DNA of 64,000 bases. Origin: Antedon mediterranea (lineage: Eukaryota > Animalia > Echinodermata). Positions 40,068-51,504 of the stretch are shown here, piece after piece (positions within the stretch are counted from its first letter, which is position 1; every line of letters starts with the position of its first letter). The stretch covers positions 216,201 to 280,200 of the forward strand of contig NC_092679.1 of NCBI RefSeq assembly GCF_964355755.1. The letters are read 5' to 3'. The position numbers and the translations under genes were made by a program. Below the pieces are notes generated by a model, which was not told the origin of the DNA, searched no databases, and worked only from the letters and a program-made list of their open reading frames with translations.

Positions 40068-41500
40068 ATGGAAGGAATTATATGTGACAACCAAGAACAA
40101 GAAGTCAGTCGGGATGTTTCTATTGGAGAGAAACATCAACAATTTGCAGCAACTAAAGATGTTGACAAAAGCCTCATGATAAAAGAAGGTCCTTCAAATG
40201 TTGACAATGATAGTTCAGACTCTGATTCTTCAACAAGTGAAGTTGGTTGTATTCTTGATGGTGAAGAAAAGTATATGGGAAGCATCTTTGATTTTGAGGA
40301 AATGATGACTAAGTTTCATCCCTCTAAATTTAAAGCGTAAGTGTATAATACAAGAAGATGTAATGGATGATAATATTAGAACACAAAGGATGTCCAAATA
40401 AAGTTTGACATCAATTATTACAAAGAAAATACCGAAAAAGCCAATTGGCTTTACTAAACACAGTTTAGTAATTTAAGAAAGTGTAGCCTAGTACTGTATG
40501 TAGCACAGTATTATTATAGTTCTTGCATATTAGTTTAGTTATAATGGGAAAGTTTAGGCGAATGCCTTTTCAACCCCATATATATTAAATCAAAGTTAAT
40601 TAAATTTGTTGTATGTTGATTGTAAAATGAATGAACTAAAGTAAAAATAAAACAAAAATTAAAGTCTAAAAGGTTGAATGCATTGAGATCTTTACTCTAT
40701 TCTTTCTTGCAGTACATAATAAACGTTTTTTAATTGCTTTTTATTAAACCAGGAATTGCTGGATTGCTTTGGCCCACAAAGAGCCTGCCAGAGAGCCTGC
40801 AAATTCTAATGCAAGAAACGATGTACCAGGTTTGCTATCAGAATGGACATGGCATCTTGAGAGTGGTCACACTGTCTCTTTTCCCTTACTGCGTGATTTA
40901 GCTATAAGGCATCAAGTTCTGCACGGCAAGTGGATGATTTTCCGGAAAACTGGACCACATGTTGATCTGGCATGGGATATAATTGGACGAGCTCACCACC
41001 AAGGAAAGCTAGGATCTTTCACCAAAGTGTCTACACCTACAGAAAGTAAATCACATGTTATTTGTGTTTACAATGATGATTTTACAGACAAAAATTCTGT
41101 TTATGAGCTTGAATCGAAGCTACGGAATCTTGGCATACATTGTAGAATGAAGTATAAACCGGATGTGTTTACTTATTGTATTATTTACAGCCAAAACAAA
41201 TGGGGAATGAAGCCATTCATTTATACTAGTACATATGATGTTATGACAAGAAAGTCTGTAATAGTAAAAGATTATGACTATGATTATAGTGGGGACGACA
41301 ATAACAACAGTACTGGGAATGATCAGGTAAAGGTTCAACCTAAGCATCATGGTGAACTCAAAGATGAATGTCAACTAATGGGTGAAGGTCAACTCAAAAA
41401 GGGGGATAATCTTGAGGAAGTAAGTCAACTCAATGATAGGAAGAGTAATCTTGAGTATGAGGGTTATCTCGAAGATGAATGTCAACACGAGGGTGATTAA
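40068..41500 (+). CDS. C11orf68: UPF0696 / C11orf68 (BLES03, DUF1917) homolog; exons ~40068-40336 and 40753-41500
   Basis: PSKFK-A-NCWIA..DVPGL..W..LRDLAIRHQVLHGKWM..AW..KVS..HVICVYNDDFTD..LRNLGI...YKPDVFTY.IY..N.W matches the family; phase-2 GT-AG intron. Start codon uncertain. Confidence 0.88.
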
Positions 41501-42130
41501 TAAACCAAATTTTTAGTTAATTTATTCTTATTTTATGTGCCATTGTGATTTTTAATACTCAAAATCAATTCTTTTTAAAAGATAAATATTTTAATTAGAT
41601 AGAAAAGAATCAGTTTGATCATAAATGTTTACTGTGTGATAGTTGCCTAGGCCTAATAATGTGGTACAAATATTTAGATGCAGTTGATTAAAACAAGAGA
41701 TTTGCTTGTTGTTACATTTAGAAACAGTGTAATATAAAATTTAATTTCCTTTTTTAATGGTTTTAATCATACAATCATGCAGTGAGGTTTACTTGAAAGA
41801 TTTTATTATAAATAATTTTTGAAAAGGATAGTACTGTAATAAAGAAAAATTTATAAAAGTGTTATCTAATAGTACTTGTGTCTATTGTGTATAATATGCT
41901 TAAAAAACATAAAAATGAAGATTTATAAAATCAGACTTTGTAGGTTTGCAGTTATCTTATTAATATCTGATGCAACTTTTCGTCAAAGGGAATAAAATTA
42001 AAACCGCATTTGCTCGTCGTTGTATTTGCACTTATTGCGTTCCATACTTTTGGGTACGAGTTTGTTTGTTGTGCTATTTGGACGAGTTGGGATTTCGACG
42101 AGTTTTCTTGGAGGGAGAGAGCAAAACAGT

Positions 42131-44652
42131 ATGACTACCGTTCGGCCGTTTACTTGTGATGACTTATTTCGGTTTAATAATGTGTAAGTTCAATAGTGTT
42201 TATCTCATTTGTGTGAAGCAGTAAGATTAAGCTTGTATAAGTACTGTATATCCGTGCGTTTTTCTAGGCCTATGCTCTTCCATGAATCGAGCAGTTGATT
42301 CCTCGCCGCGCGCACAAAGCTCCTCCGCTCCGGGCGTGTAGCCTATATGCTATAATGTTGTGGTGGTATCTAGCCTAGGCCTATCCTACTGACGGTAGGG
42401 TTTTGTGACTTAATGCTATCAATTACATGCTATTAACGTTAACATGCAAATATGGGAAATCTAATTTATATACTGTATTTCCTTTCCTACACCAGAAATA
42501 AGTTATTTTTGATCGTGAATCAATAAACGCGTTACACATCACAGTTGACGCGAATAGTACTAGCTAGGCCTACACTGTATTGCACTGTATAACCAACTTT
42601 GTTTCTATCTTCTAGGAATTTGGATCCATTAACTGAGACTGTATCCTTTATTTACAATTTGAATAAATAAGAAATAGTTTCTGTCAGTAAACTTTTTATT
42701 TGTATAAAATATACTATAGTATTAGTATACTACTAGTTAGTTTGCAAAATTGTTTATTTACGTTTGCCTTTCTTCTTGTTTGTGATTATACACTCAGGTA
42801 TTTATCTTGTTAAATAAAGGGACTCCATCGATCACTTTAAAATATACTGTCACCAATGGTGTACTCCTAACTTAAACTAAATATGAGTTTTACACACATG
42901 ATATCCCATCACATACTTGTCAGTACAGTGTGCATGCCAACTGTGAAATATACAAAGTATTATTATTATTCGTTAAATTGATTGATAGTATGGGATACCA
43001 TTCTACCTGCAGTACTTAGCCCATTGGCCTGAGTACTTTAAAGTCTGCGAGGCACCATGTGGCCGGATTATGGGATACAGTAAGTCACTATCTTTTTAGT
43101 AAGTGGTGGGTAGTATTAGTAACTAGTATATATTTTTAATGTGATATGATTTAGTATACTGAGCCCTAGATCGCAGGGGTTAGAATTTTTATTTATACAC
43201 ACTTGTCTCCTAATTATTGGATTTTGTGGATGTAATAAATTACCATTCCTAACACAGTATCATAGTGTCCACATGAACATTCTAGAATAAGATGTTTTGA
43301 TTTTAGAAACCATGTATAATTAATAAGAACAATCAGGAACATCCCAGAAGTGCTATTAATAGAAACTGTAATCCAATAGAATAAGAAGTATAAAGAATGA
43401 TCTAGGAGGATAGGAACATCTTGTATATAAAGGGATGTAAAACTATTGTAAGGTTGTTGGATATTAGAGGTTGGATATTCGATTGTAAAAGTTATTGTGA
43501 AGCTGTTGTTTGAAGTGCTTACTGGATTGTTGAAAGTTGAAGTTGATTGAAATTAAAGCTTTTTTTTTAGTTATTGTACAACTTTGTGGATTTTTGGTGT
43601 ATACTTTTATGTCACAAGAGAGTTCCTAAAGTATTTTCACCCGCTCGGAAACATATGTAAAGGGAGTTCGTGACAGTGGAATGGAAAATTTAAAACCGAA
43701 TAAGGTTGTCTGTAGATCAGTTTAACCAATCAGGTGGATTATTTAAATTCTGATAATTGTGTGATTCATTTAAAAAAGCATTAGCACCAAACAGATGCAC
43801 CATAGCCCTACCGTCATCTCGCCTAACCCTGATCTTGCCTTTATTCATAATTGCCAAAGTTAACAAACTTTTGCTTATATTGCAGTAATGGGTAAAGCAG
43901 AGGGTTCTGTTGCCCAGGAAACGTGGCATGGTCATGTGACTGCCTTGACAGTGGCACCAGAATACAGACGTTTGGGGTTAGCAGCCACGTTAATGAACAT
44001 TCTAGAAGATGTTTCTGAACAGTAAGTTTATAACTGGTTGTATTATAATAATTAACATCCTGTAAGTACAATCATAACAAACTGTTTTGATTGTTTTCAC
44101 TTCCTACTGTATGTGAAAATAAACAAGGTTTAATCACTTAAAATTGCTTTTTAATCACTTAAAATTGCTAAGTAATCAATTGAAACTAGCAATTAATGTA
44201 TTGTCCTTTTATATATCTTATCTAGAAAAAAAGCATTTTTTGTCGACTTATTTGTGAGAGTTTCAAACAAAGTAGCAACATCAATGTACGAACGTCTTGG
44301 ATATGTGATTTATCGACGAGTACTTGAGTATTACTCGGGTGATCCGGATGAAGATGCTTTTGGTGAGTATTAGCTTGTGAGCAGGAAAACATAAACTCTA
44401 TAAAACCTGTGCCCAAATGTGGTAGTGATATGACATCCATGTCCATATATGGGCATGTCACATTTTTTTTTTGTCACATAAAGTTTAATAGTGTAGACAG
44501 AGCTCCAGAGACACAGTTTATTATAGAAAATATATATAGTTTACTTTTGTTTTTAATTTTGTATAGATATGCGAAAGGCTTGTTCCAGAGATAAAGAGAA
44601 GAAATCAATGAAGCCAATTAAAGATCCTGTTAGACCTGAAGATGTTGAATGA
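42131..44652 (+). CDS. NAA20: N-alpha-acetyltransferase 20 (NatB catalytic subunit), 6 exons
   Basis: Exons 42131-42183 (MTTVRPFTCDDLFRFNN), 42616-42640 (NLDPLTET), 42989-43079 (YGIPFYLQYLAHWPEYF), 43886-44021 (MGKAEG..WHGHVTALTVAPEYRRLGLA), 44226-44362 (FFVDLFVRVSN), 44567-44652 (DMRKA..RPEDVE*). Confidence 0.97.
42641..42988 (+). other. U12-type GT-AG intron (NAA20 intron 2)
   Basis: 5'ss GTATCCTTT; degenerate branch TTCGTTAAA ~11 nt before the 3' end; no pyrimidine tract. Confidence 0.85.
43266..43675 (+). mobile_element. Probable solo LTR in NAA20 intron 3
   Basis: Starts TGTC..GAAC, ends GTTCGTGACA (TG...CA, imperfect inverted ends); internal TATATAAAGGG then ATTAAA. No target-site duplication found. 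Confidence 0.5.
44395..44505. mobile_element. MITE family 2 copy (decayed)
   Basis: gtgcccaaatgtggtagtgata..aagtttaatagtgtagacagagct. Confidence 0.65.
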
Positions 44653-45254
44653 CAGAAAATAAGTCATTATGAATTTATGTTTGCTCATTGTGTCATAGAT
44701 GTTTTCAACTGAATGGTGGAATTATTTTTAAAGAAATAATTCATAATTTTGATGGTTGATACACTTATACGAGTGTGCTAGTTTGTATCAATATATCAAC
44801 AAATATAATAAGATACAGACAGAACGTTCTATACAAGTTTCCAAAGACTGTTTGCAACAGGTTTTTAAATACAGTGATGATTTTTTTCAGTTTTCAAGAA
44901 TCAATGCAAGATGGAAGTAACAAAATGTATTGAATGGTCAGACACTTGTATGTGTTTGTTTTTAAGGTCGCTATGATGTTCTATTTCATTTAAAAACATC
45001 AATTTGTAGATGTGAATCCTAGTGTTTCTAATACTGTACTTCCACCGTATGTATTTTTTTCAACGATGCAAAATTAGATTTAAGGCAGGCATTTATTACG
45101 CCCATCAACAAGGAATTTATGTTTTAGTTATGATGATAACCAGCTTCAAATAAATTATATTTGATAAATTACAAGTGTTTTTGTGATGATTATGAAAATG
45201 GGTACATGCACCTCAATAAAATGTAATGAATTGATATGTAAAAAGTAATGATTT

Positions 45255-45702
45255 AGTATGTGAACACTAATGATTTGGGATGTGAACACAAATGATTTGA
45301 GATCAGATGTGAACAATAATGATTTGGGATGTGAACACTAATGATTTGGGATGTGAACACAAATGATTTGAGATCAGATGTGAACAATAATGATTTGGGA
45401 TGTGAACACTAATAATTTGAGATGTGAACACTAATGATTTGGGATGTGAACACTAATGATTTGGGATGTGAACACTAATGATTTGGGATGTGAACACTAA
45501 TGATTTGGGATGTGAACACTAATGATTTTGGATGTGAACACTAATGATTTTGGATGTGAACACTAATGATTTGGGATGTGAACACTAATGATTTGGGATG
45601 TGAACACTAATAATTTGGGATGTGAACACTAATAATTTGGGATGTGAACACCAATGATTCGGGATGTGAACACTAATGATTTTGGATGTGAACACTAATG
45701 AT
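45255..45702. repeat. 22-bp minisatellite, ~20 copies
   Basis: GATGTGAACACTAATGATTTGG in tandem between NAA20 and CRNKL1; two units carry a GATCA insertion. Confidence 0.95.
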
Positions 45703-45754
45703 AAACTAAACATAATAGACATTGAAGGAAATATTAATCGATATTACTATCTCT

Positions 45755-45920
45755 CTATCTGTCTACACTATCAATCAAAAATGTGATGGTCCCATTATAT
45801 ATGGACGTGACATGATGATCCGGGATGATGATGGGGCACTACCATATTTAAGCATATTATCACTACCATATTTGGGCACATCACACTTTTTTTGTCGTCA
45901 AACTAGTTTGATAGTGCAGA
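45755..45920. mobile_element. MITE family 2 copy upstream of CRNKL1
   Basis: tctgtctacactatcaa ... aaactagtttgatagtgcagag. Confidence 0.7.
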
Positions 45921-46156
45921 GTTATGAGCACAACTTGAATTGAAGAAGAACAAACTAATCAAATAAAAGGTTTGGATCAACGTGAATCACTATTAAAGAG
46001 ATAACGCGTTTTTGTCCATGTGGAACGACTCGGTGTACGAATTCGACTATGGAGCGCACACGTCCGAATTGGATTTTTTCGAAGAGAGAGAGGCGCGGAG
46101 CCAGCGTTTAGAGAACGTTTTGTTTTTCCTTATTCTGTTATTTTTACGGAAACAAA

Positions 46157-49100
46157 ATGGCTTCAACTGCATCAAAGAGTAAAGTGCCAAAAGTGGCAAA
46201 GGTATGTTAATTAATTAAAATATTTTATATATTTGGCAATTGCCTAATATCTGTAAACAAAAGCTAGGCCCAGTCTTGAAAATGTCCAACCTTCACACAT
46301 GCCGTTGACACATCGGTGAATTAGCGGACAGTCGATGGTTTGAGATCAAAAAGATGACTAACAACATGGGCCTAGCCGATAGTTTATTGTTTCGTTCGTA
46401 TTATTGTGGTAAATCAATTTATGTCGTACTAGAATTACATAGAGTAACGAGTATATAAACTTATAATATAAATATAATGAAATTAAATACAATTATTATT
46501 AATTTTAATGTTATGTTTTAATAATGAATTTATATTTTTATGAACATTTGATAATTGCAAAAAAAATATGTAGGCATAGAGGATTATCATTTAAGTCTTA
46601 TTATTTATTAATTCATTTTCAAGGTTAAAAATAAAATGCCAGCTGAAATGCAGATTACAGCGGAGCAAATTTTACGAGAAGCTAAAGAACGAGAACTTGA
46701 GCACCAACCACCAGTAAGTACGATACTTAACATGAGTAAGACCAGAATTGTTAATAAAATTTACAAAAAAAAAATTGAAAAAAAGAAAGAAGGGTAATAA
46801 TTGCACTCCACTGCATTGTTACTTATTGAATTTAAGAGTACTTTCAAAGTGGTTGAAGAAAACATTTTAATAAAATATTTTTGCTTTATTTTTATCGATC
46901 TGCTTTTCCCAATAATAATTACAGTAGAGAAACTTTATTTTATACACTAGCCACCACGACAAAAAATTACAGATCCTGATGAGTTACAAGATTTTAGGTT
47001 GAGAAAGCGGAAAGAATTTGAAGACAACTTGCGAAAGAACCGGACTGTTATGGGCAATTGGATCAAGTATGCACAGTGGGAAGAAAGTCAGAAAGAAATT
47101 GATAGGTATTGATAGAAATTGATAGGTATTGTACCGGAATTATTATTGTAATGTATGTAATTTACCGATTTATATTTATTTATTATTAGTCTTTAAAGAG
47201 GGATATAACACTTCTTTCCTTTATTTAATATTACAGAACTAGATCCATTTATGAACGTGCTTTGGATGTTGATCATCGAAATGTTGGAATTTGGCTCAAG
47301 TACGCTGAGATGGAAATGAAGTAAGTATTTTATTTAAAAAGTGCATTTTTATTCTCTCAAAGAAGACAACCCTGTTCAAATTGCCTGATGCCAACTTATT
47401 TATAGCTTTTTCAAGTTTTAAAGTACTTAGAAATGTAATGGCATTAATAAATTGTTTTTTACCACAGGAATCGGCAAGTGAATCATGCACGAAATATCTG
47501 GGACAGAGCAATAACCATTCTACCACGTGCAAACCAATTCTGGTACAAATACACGTATATGGAAGAGATGCTGGGGAATGTGGCGGGAGCACGTCAAGTG
47601 TTTGAGCGCTGGATGGAATGGGAACCAGAAGAACAGCCATGGTTTACATATGTTAAGTTTGAACTTAGATATAAAGAGTTTGATCGGGTCCGTAACATCT
47701 ATGAACGACATATCCTTTAATGCTTGGCTGCGATGCTTAGCATAGTTTTATTTCATTTTTTTTTTATTTCATACGCATCCAACAGCGAATAACTTGCCTC
47801 AGTCTCATTTGAGGTTTAGGAAGTGGAGTTGAAAAAATCGTGCATTACAACCCTGCACTTGGTTTATTGCAATATGCTGTAATCAAACAAATGTAAAAAA
47901 TTAAATAAAACATTTTTCCTTAACATGTATTTTACTTATCCTTGTGCATCCAATCATTAAGAACTGGATCAAATATGCAAATTTTGAGGACCACAACAGT
48001 TTTTCCAGTAATGCACGGTCTGTGTATGAACGAGCGATTGAATTTTTTGGAGAAGATAACATGGATGAAAATCTATTTGTATCATTTGCTAAATTTGAAG
48101 AAAGACAGAAAGAGGTAAAAATGTGTTGACTATTTCAAGATGAATGTAATGAAACTTTGGGGTATTCTTTACTTAATTTTTTTTTTGGAAATGCATGGTG
48201 TACTGCAAACCTTCCTTTACTTACTACTCTTTTGCTTAAACAATATTTAACATTTTGTATCTTGTTATTAATCAAGTCTGTTATTTTGATTACAGTTTGA
48301 GCGATCTCGTGTTATTTATAAGTACGCACTTGAACATATTCCTAAAGAACATGCTCAAAATTTGTTTAAAAATTATACGATATTGGAAAAGAAATACGGA
48401 GACAGGGAAGGAATTGAAGATGTTATAGTGAGCAAAAGAAAGTTCCAATATGAAGAGGTAGGAACATCATTAGTATTAAGTGATATTTTTAAATTCAATA
48501 TTAAATTAAAATTTTTTTTTAAATTTATTAAAATGATTGAATGTTATTATAATTAATAAGCAAAACTACATAATGTTGGATTAGTGTAATATATATATTA
48601 TATATTATTACAATAATGGTTGCTTATAAACTTAGCTAGCCAAGTAATTCTTGGTTTACTATTATCCCACAATTAAATAAATAATTTTGTTCTGTTGTAT
48701 TTTAGTTTATTTAATTAGAACTAACTTTTTTTTATGTACATTTTTTTTAACTTAGCAGGTATAGAAGAAATTCTAAACCGCTCAGTAAAATACTAACATA
48801 TTATATATTTTCACAATACTTGTTGTTTTATCCGTAGGAGGTCAAGGCGAACCCAAATAATTACGACTCATGGTTTGACTATCTGAGATTGGTAGAGTCC
48901 GATAACAATGAGGAAGTGATACGAGATGTGTATGAGAGAGCTATTGCAAATGTGCCACCAACCCCTGACAAGCGCTTGTGGAGACGCTACATCTACTTAT
49001 GGATCAATTATGCATTGTATGAAGAGTTGGAAGCTAAGGTAAATAAAATATAGATAAAAATAATAATGGAATTTGGCTTATGGTCTATTCAGGCCTAGTT

Positions 49101-51313
49101 ATTAATTACTTGGACAATTGTTGGGTGTGTCACCAATTTACCCAGGTCATCCTTATTGTCTCCACTTACAGCCATCTCTCCCAATACAGTATACCCTTAG
49201 AATGGCCCAACTCTGAATGTGATTTTAATAATAAAAAAAAATTTGGGACCTTTTTGACCAAGAAAAGTCTTGTTTTTGGAGAGTTTCCAGTTTACGAAGA
49301 GTTTGGTATTGGAAGAGTCGGAACTGCTGTTGCTAGTTGGTTTCATTAATTTATCAACAATTGTTTTTTCCTCCTTTTCCTCAGGATATGGAGAGAACAA
49401 GGCAAGTGTACAAAGCATGTATAGATTTAATTCCACACAAGAAGTTCACATTTGCAAAGATTTGGCTTTTGTATGCTCAGTTTGAGGTCAGGCAGAAAGA
49501 ATTGCAAGCAGCTAGGAAAGCTTTAGTAAGTGCCCCCATCTCGTTTAGTTTAACTCAGGTTAGTCTAGACTATTAAACTAGCTTGACAAAAAAGTGTGAT
49601 GTGCCTAAATGGTAGTGATATAACATCATTATGACCATATATGGGCCTATCACATTTTTTGATAATTCCTAGAATATGTTTTATTTCTACAATTGTTTTA
49701 CAAACTAATTCTTTTTGTAGGGTTTTGCTATTGGTAAATGTCCAAAGGACAAGATATTCAAAGGCTATATTGAGCTGGAATTACAACTTCGAGAGTTTGA
49801 TCGTTGTCGGATCTTGTACGAAAAATTCTTAGAATTTCATCCTGAAAATTGTACAACTTGGATGAAGGTAAAGATTGCTTGTAATAAAGTATAAAACTGA
49901 TAAAATGTACCACTAAATTAGTTTAAATTTATCAAAATCAGCCACTGTGTCGTGGACAGATAAGAGAGCGCCTTATAGTGGCTGCACTGACATGACGTGA
50001 CCCTTAGTGGAGAAGCATGTAGTTGAAAAGTGTAACATCTGAGTTCACAGCGCATAGAGATTTTTGTATTATGCGCTATACAAATTTAAAACCATTAACC
50101 ATGTTAATATGCTGTACTTTATCATTAACAGTATGCCGAGCTAGAGAGTATTCTTGGAGACGAGGTTCGAGCTCGTGCCCTCTATGAGCTTGCAATCAAT
50201 CAGGCTAAACTGGACATGCCAGAGATGTTGTGGAAAGCATACATTGATTTTGAAATTGAACAAGAAGAATATAACAGAACAAGGGATTTGTATCATAGGT
50301 TACTTGAAAGAACACAACATGTTAAGGTAAGAACACAACATGTTAAGGTAAGAAGGTGAAACACAACATATATGGTCATTGCATCTACATTACAATATGG
50401 AGATTTTATTTCTAACTTTTTTCTTCCTTTTTACTTAAAGGTTTGGATAAGTTTTTCTCAGTTTGAGTTGTCGCTGGGCACTACGGAAGCAGTGCTTGAA
50501 TGTAGGAAGATTTATGAAAAAGCTAACAAGTCATTGAGGCATTCTGATGAGAAAGAGGAGCGATTGATGCTGCTTGAGTCATGGAAAGACTTTGAAGTGA
50601 GTCGCATTTCTATTACATTCGACAGCAACTAACTTGCCAATGATGGATAAATTATATACTTATAAACTATGTCTCGTGTAAGACTTATAGGGTGGAGTAG
50701 AAACAGTGAGTTACATTCCTGACACTAGGTCAGTATTAAACGGTTAAAAGTAATAGAGCCTAATAACATTTATATGTTATGTTTATTTCTATATCATATA
50801 TAATGAGATAATTGTGTTATTTTTAACACCGCAAACACCCATACAGGAGACATGGGAGGTGTTTCAGTGGTAGAATTTAGCATTCCTGATTCTATTTTAG
50901 GATGAGTATGGAGATCTGGAAACACAAGAAAAGATAAGAAAAGAAATGCCAAAGAGAGTAAAGAAACGAAGGAAAATTGAAACAGAAGATGGGGTAATTT
51001 TTATTTTTTCTTTTATGTTTACCATTACATGTATGGGTAAAGTTTCTTAATATCTCTTATCATGTTTTAAAGATAACATGGCACGAATAATTTCATTTAT
51101 ATGTATAGGAACATTTTATGTGGCAGGATCAACATATTTATATGTATTTATTATTATTAGTCTGATGCCGGTTGGGAAGAGTATTATGATTATATTTTCC
51201 CAACTGATGAAGCTAACCAACCAAGTCTCAAACTATTGGCACTGGCTAAGAGATGGAAGAAAGACCAAACAGACAAACCAAAGAATGAAGAAGAAGATGA
51301 AGACGACCAATGA
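46157..51313 (+). CDS. CRNKL1: Crooked neck-like protein 1 (HAT-repeat spliceosome factor, Clf1/Syf3), 14 exons
   Basis: Exons 46157-46201, 46624-46713 ([23 protein letters not shown]), 46951-47105, 47237-47320, 47468-47709 ([24 protein letters not shown]), 47936-48114, 48296-48457, 48838-49038, 49385-49525, 49721-49867, 50132-50326, 50441-50596, 50901-50993, 51161-51313 ([23 protein letters not shown]). Confidence 0.97.
47710..47935 (+). other. U12-type AT-AC intron (CRNKL1 intron 5)
   Basis: 5'ss ATATCCTTT; consensus branch TTCCTTAAC at 47916-47924; 3' end TTTAC; splicing restores IYER-L-ILVHP. Confidence 0.95.
49560..49665. mobile_element. MITE family 2 copy (decayed)
   Basis: gtctagactattaaactagcttgacaaaaaagtgtgatgtgcctaaatggtagtgata. 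Confidence 0.6.
49945..50095 (+). mobile_element. SINE/LINE 3' remnant with L2-like tail
   Basis: Ends AGCGCATAGAG..TATGCGCTATACAAAT, resembling the stem-loop tail of L2-mobilised elements. Confidence 0.4.
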
Positions 51314-51444
51314 ATCATGTTGAAAACTTAAAATTACACAAACTTTCCAACTTCCAATAAGACTTAATAAAGCTAGAGTGATCAGCAACAAGATATTTAT
51401 TATTAGCATATTAAAACACAGAAAAGTTTGTAAAGATTGCGACA

Positions 51445-51504
51445 CCCAACCAAACCAACCAACCCAAACCAACCAACCCAAACCAACCAACCCAAACCAA
51501 CCAA
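51445..51504. repeat. (CCAA)n-type repeat downstream of the CRNKL1 stop
   Basis: CAAACCAACCAACC units in tandem. Confidence 0.85.

Noticed and set aside
45255-45702. 22-bp array as CRISPR or coding repeat
   Set aside because: No spacers, period not a multiple of 3, intergenic.
47296-49436. Antisense and alternative-frame ORFs over CRNKL1
   Set aside because: Shadow ORFs of real exons or intron read-through.
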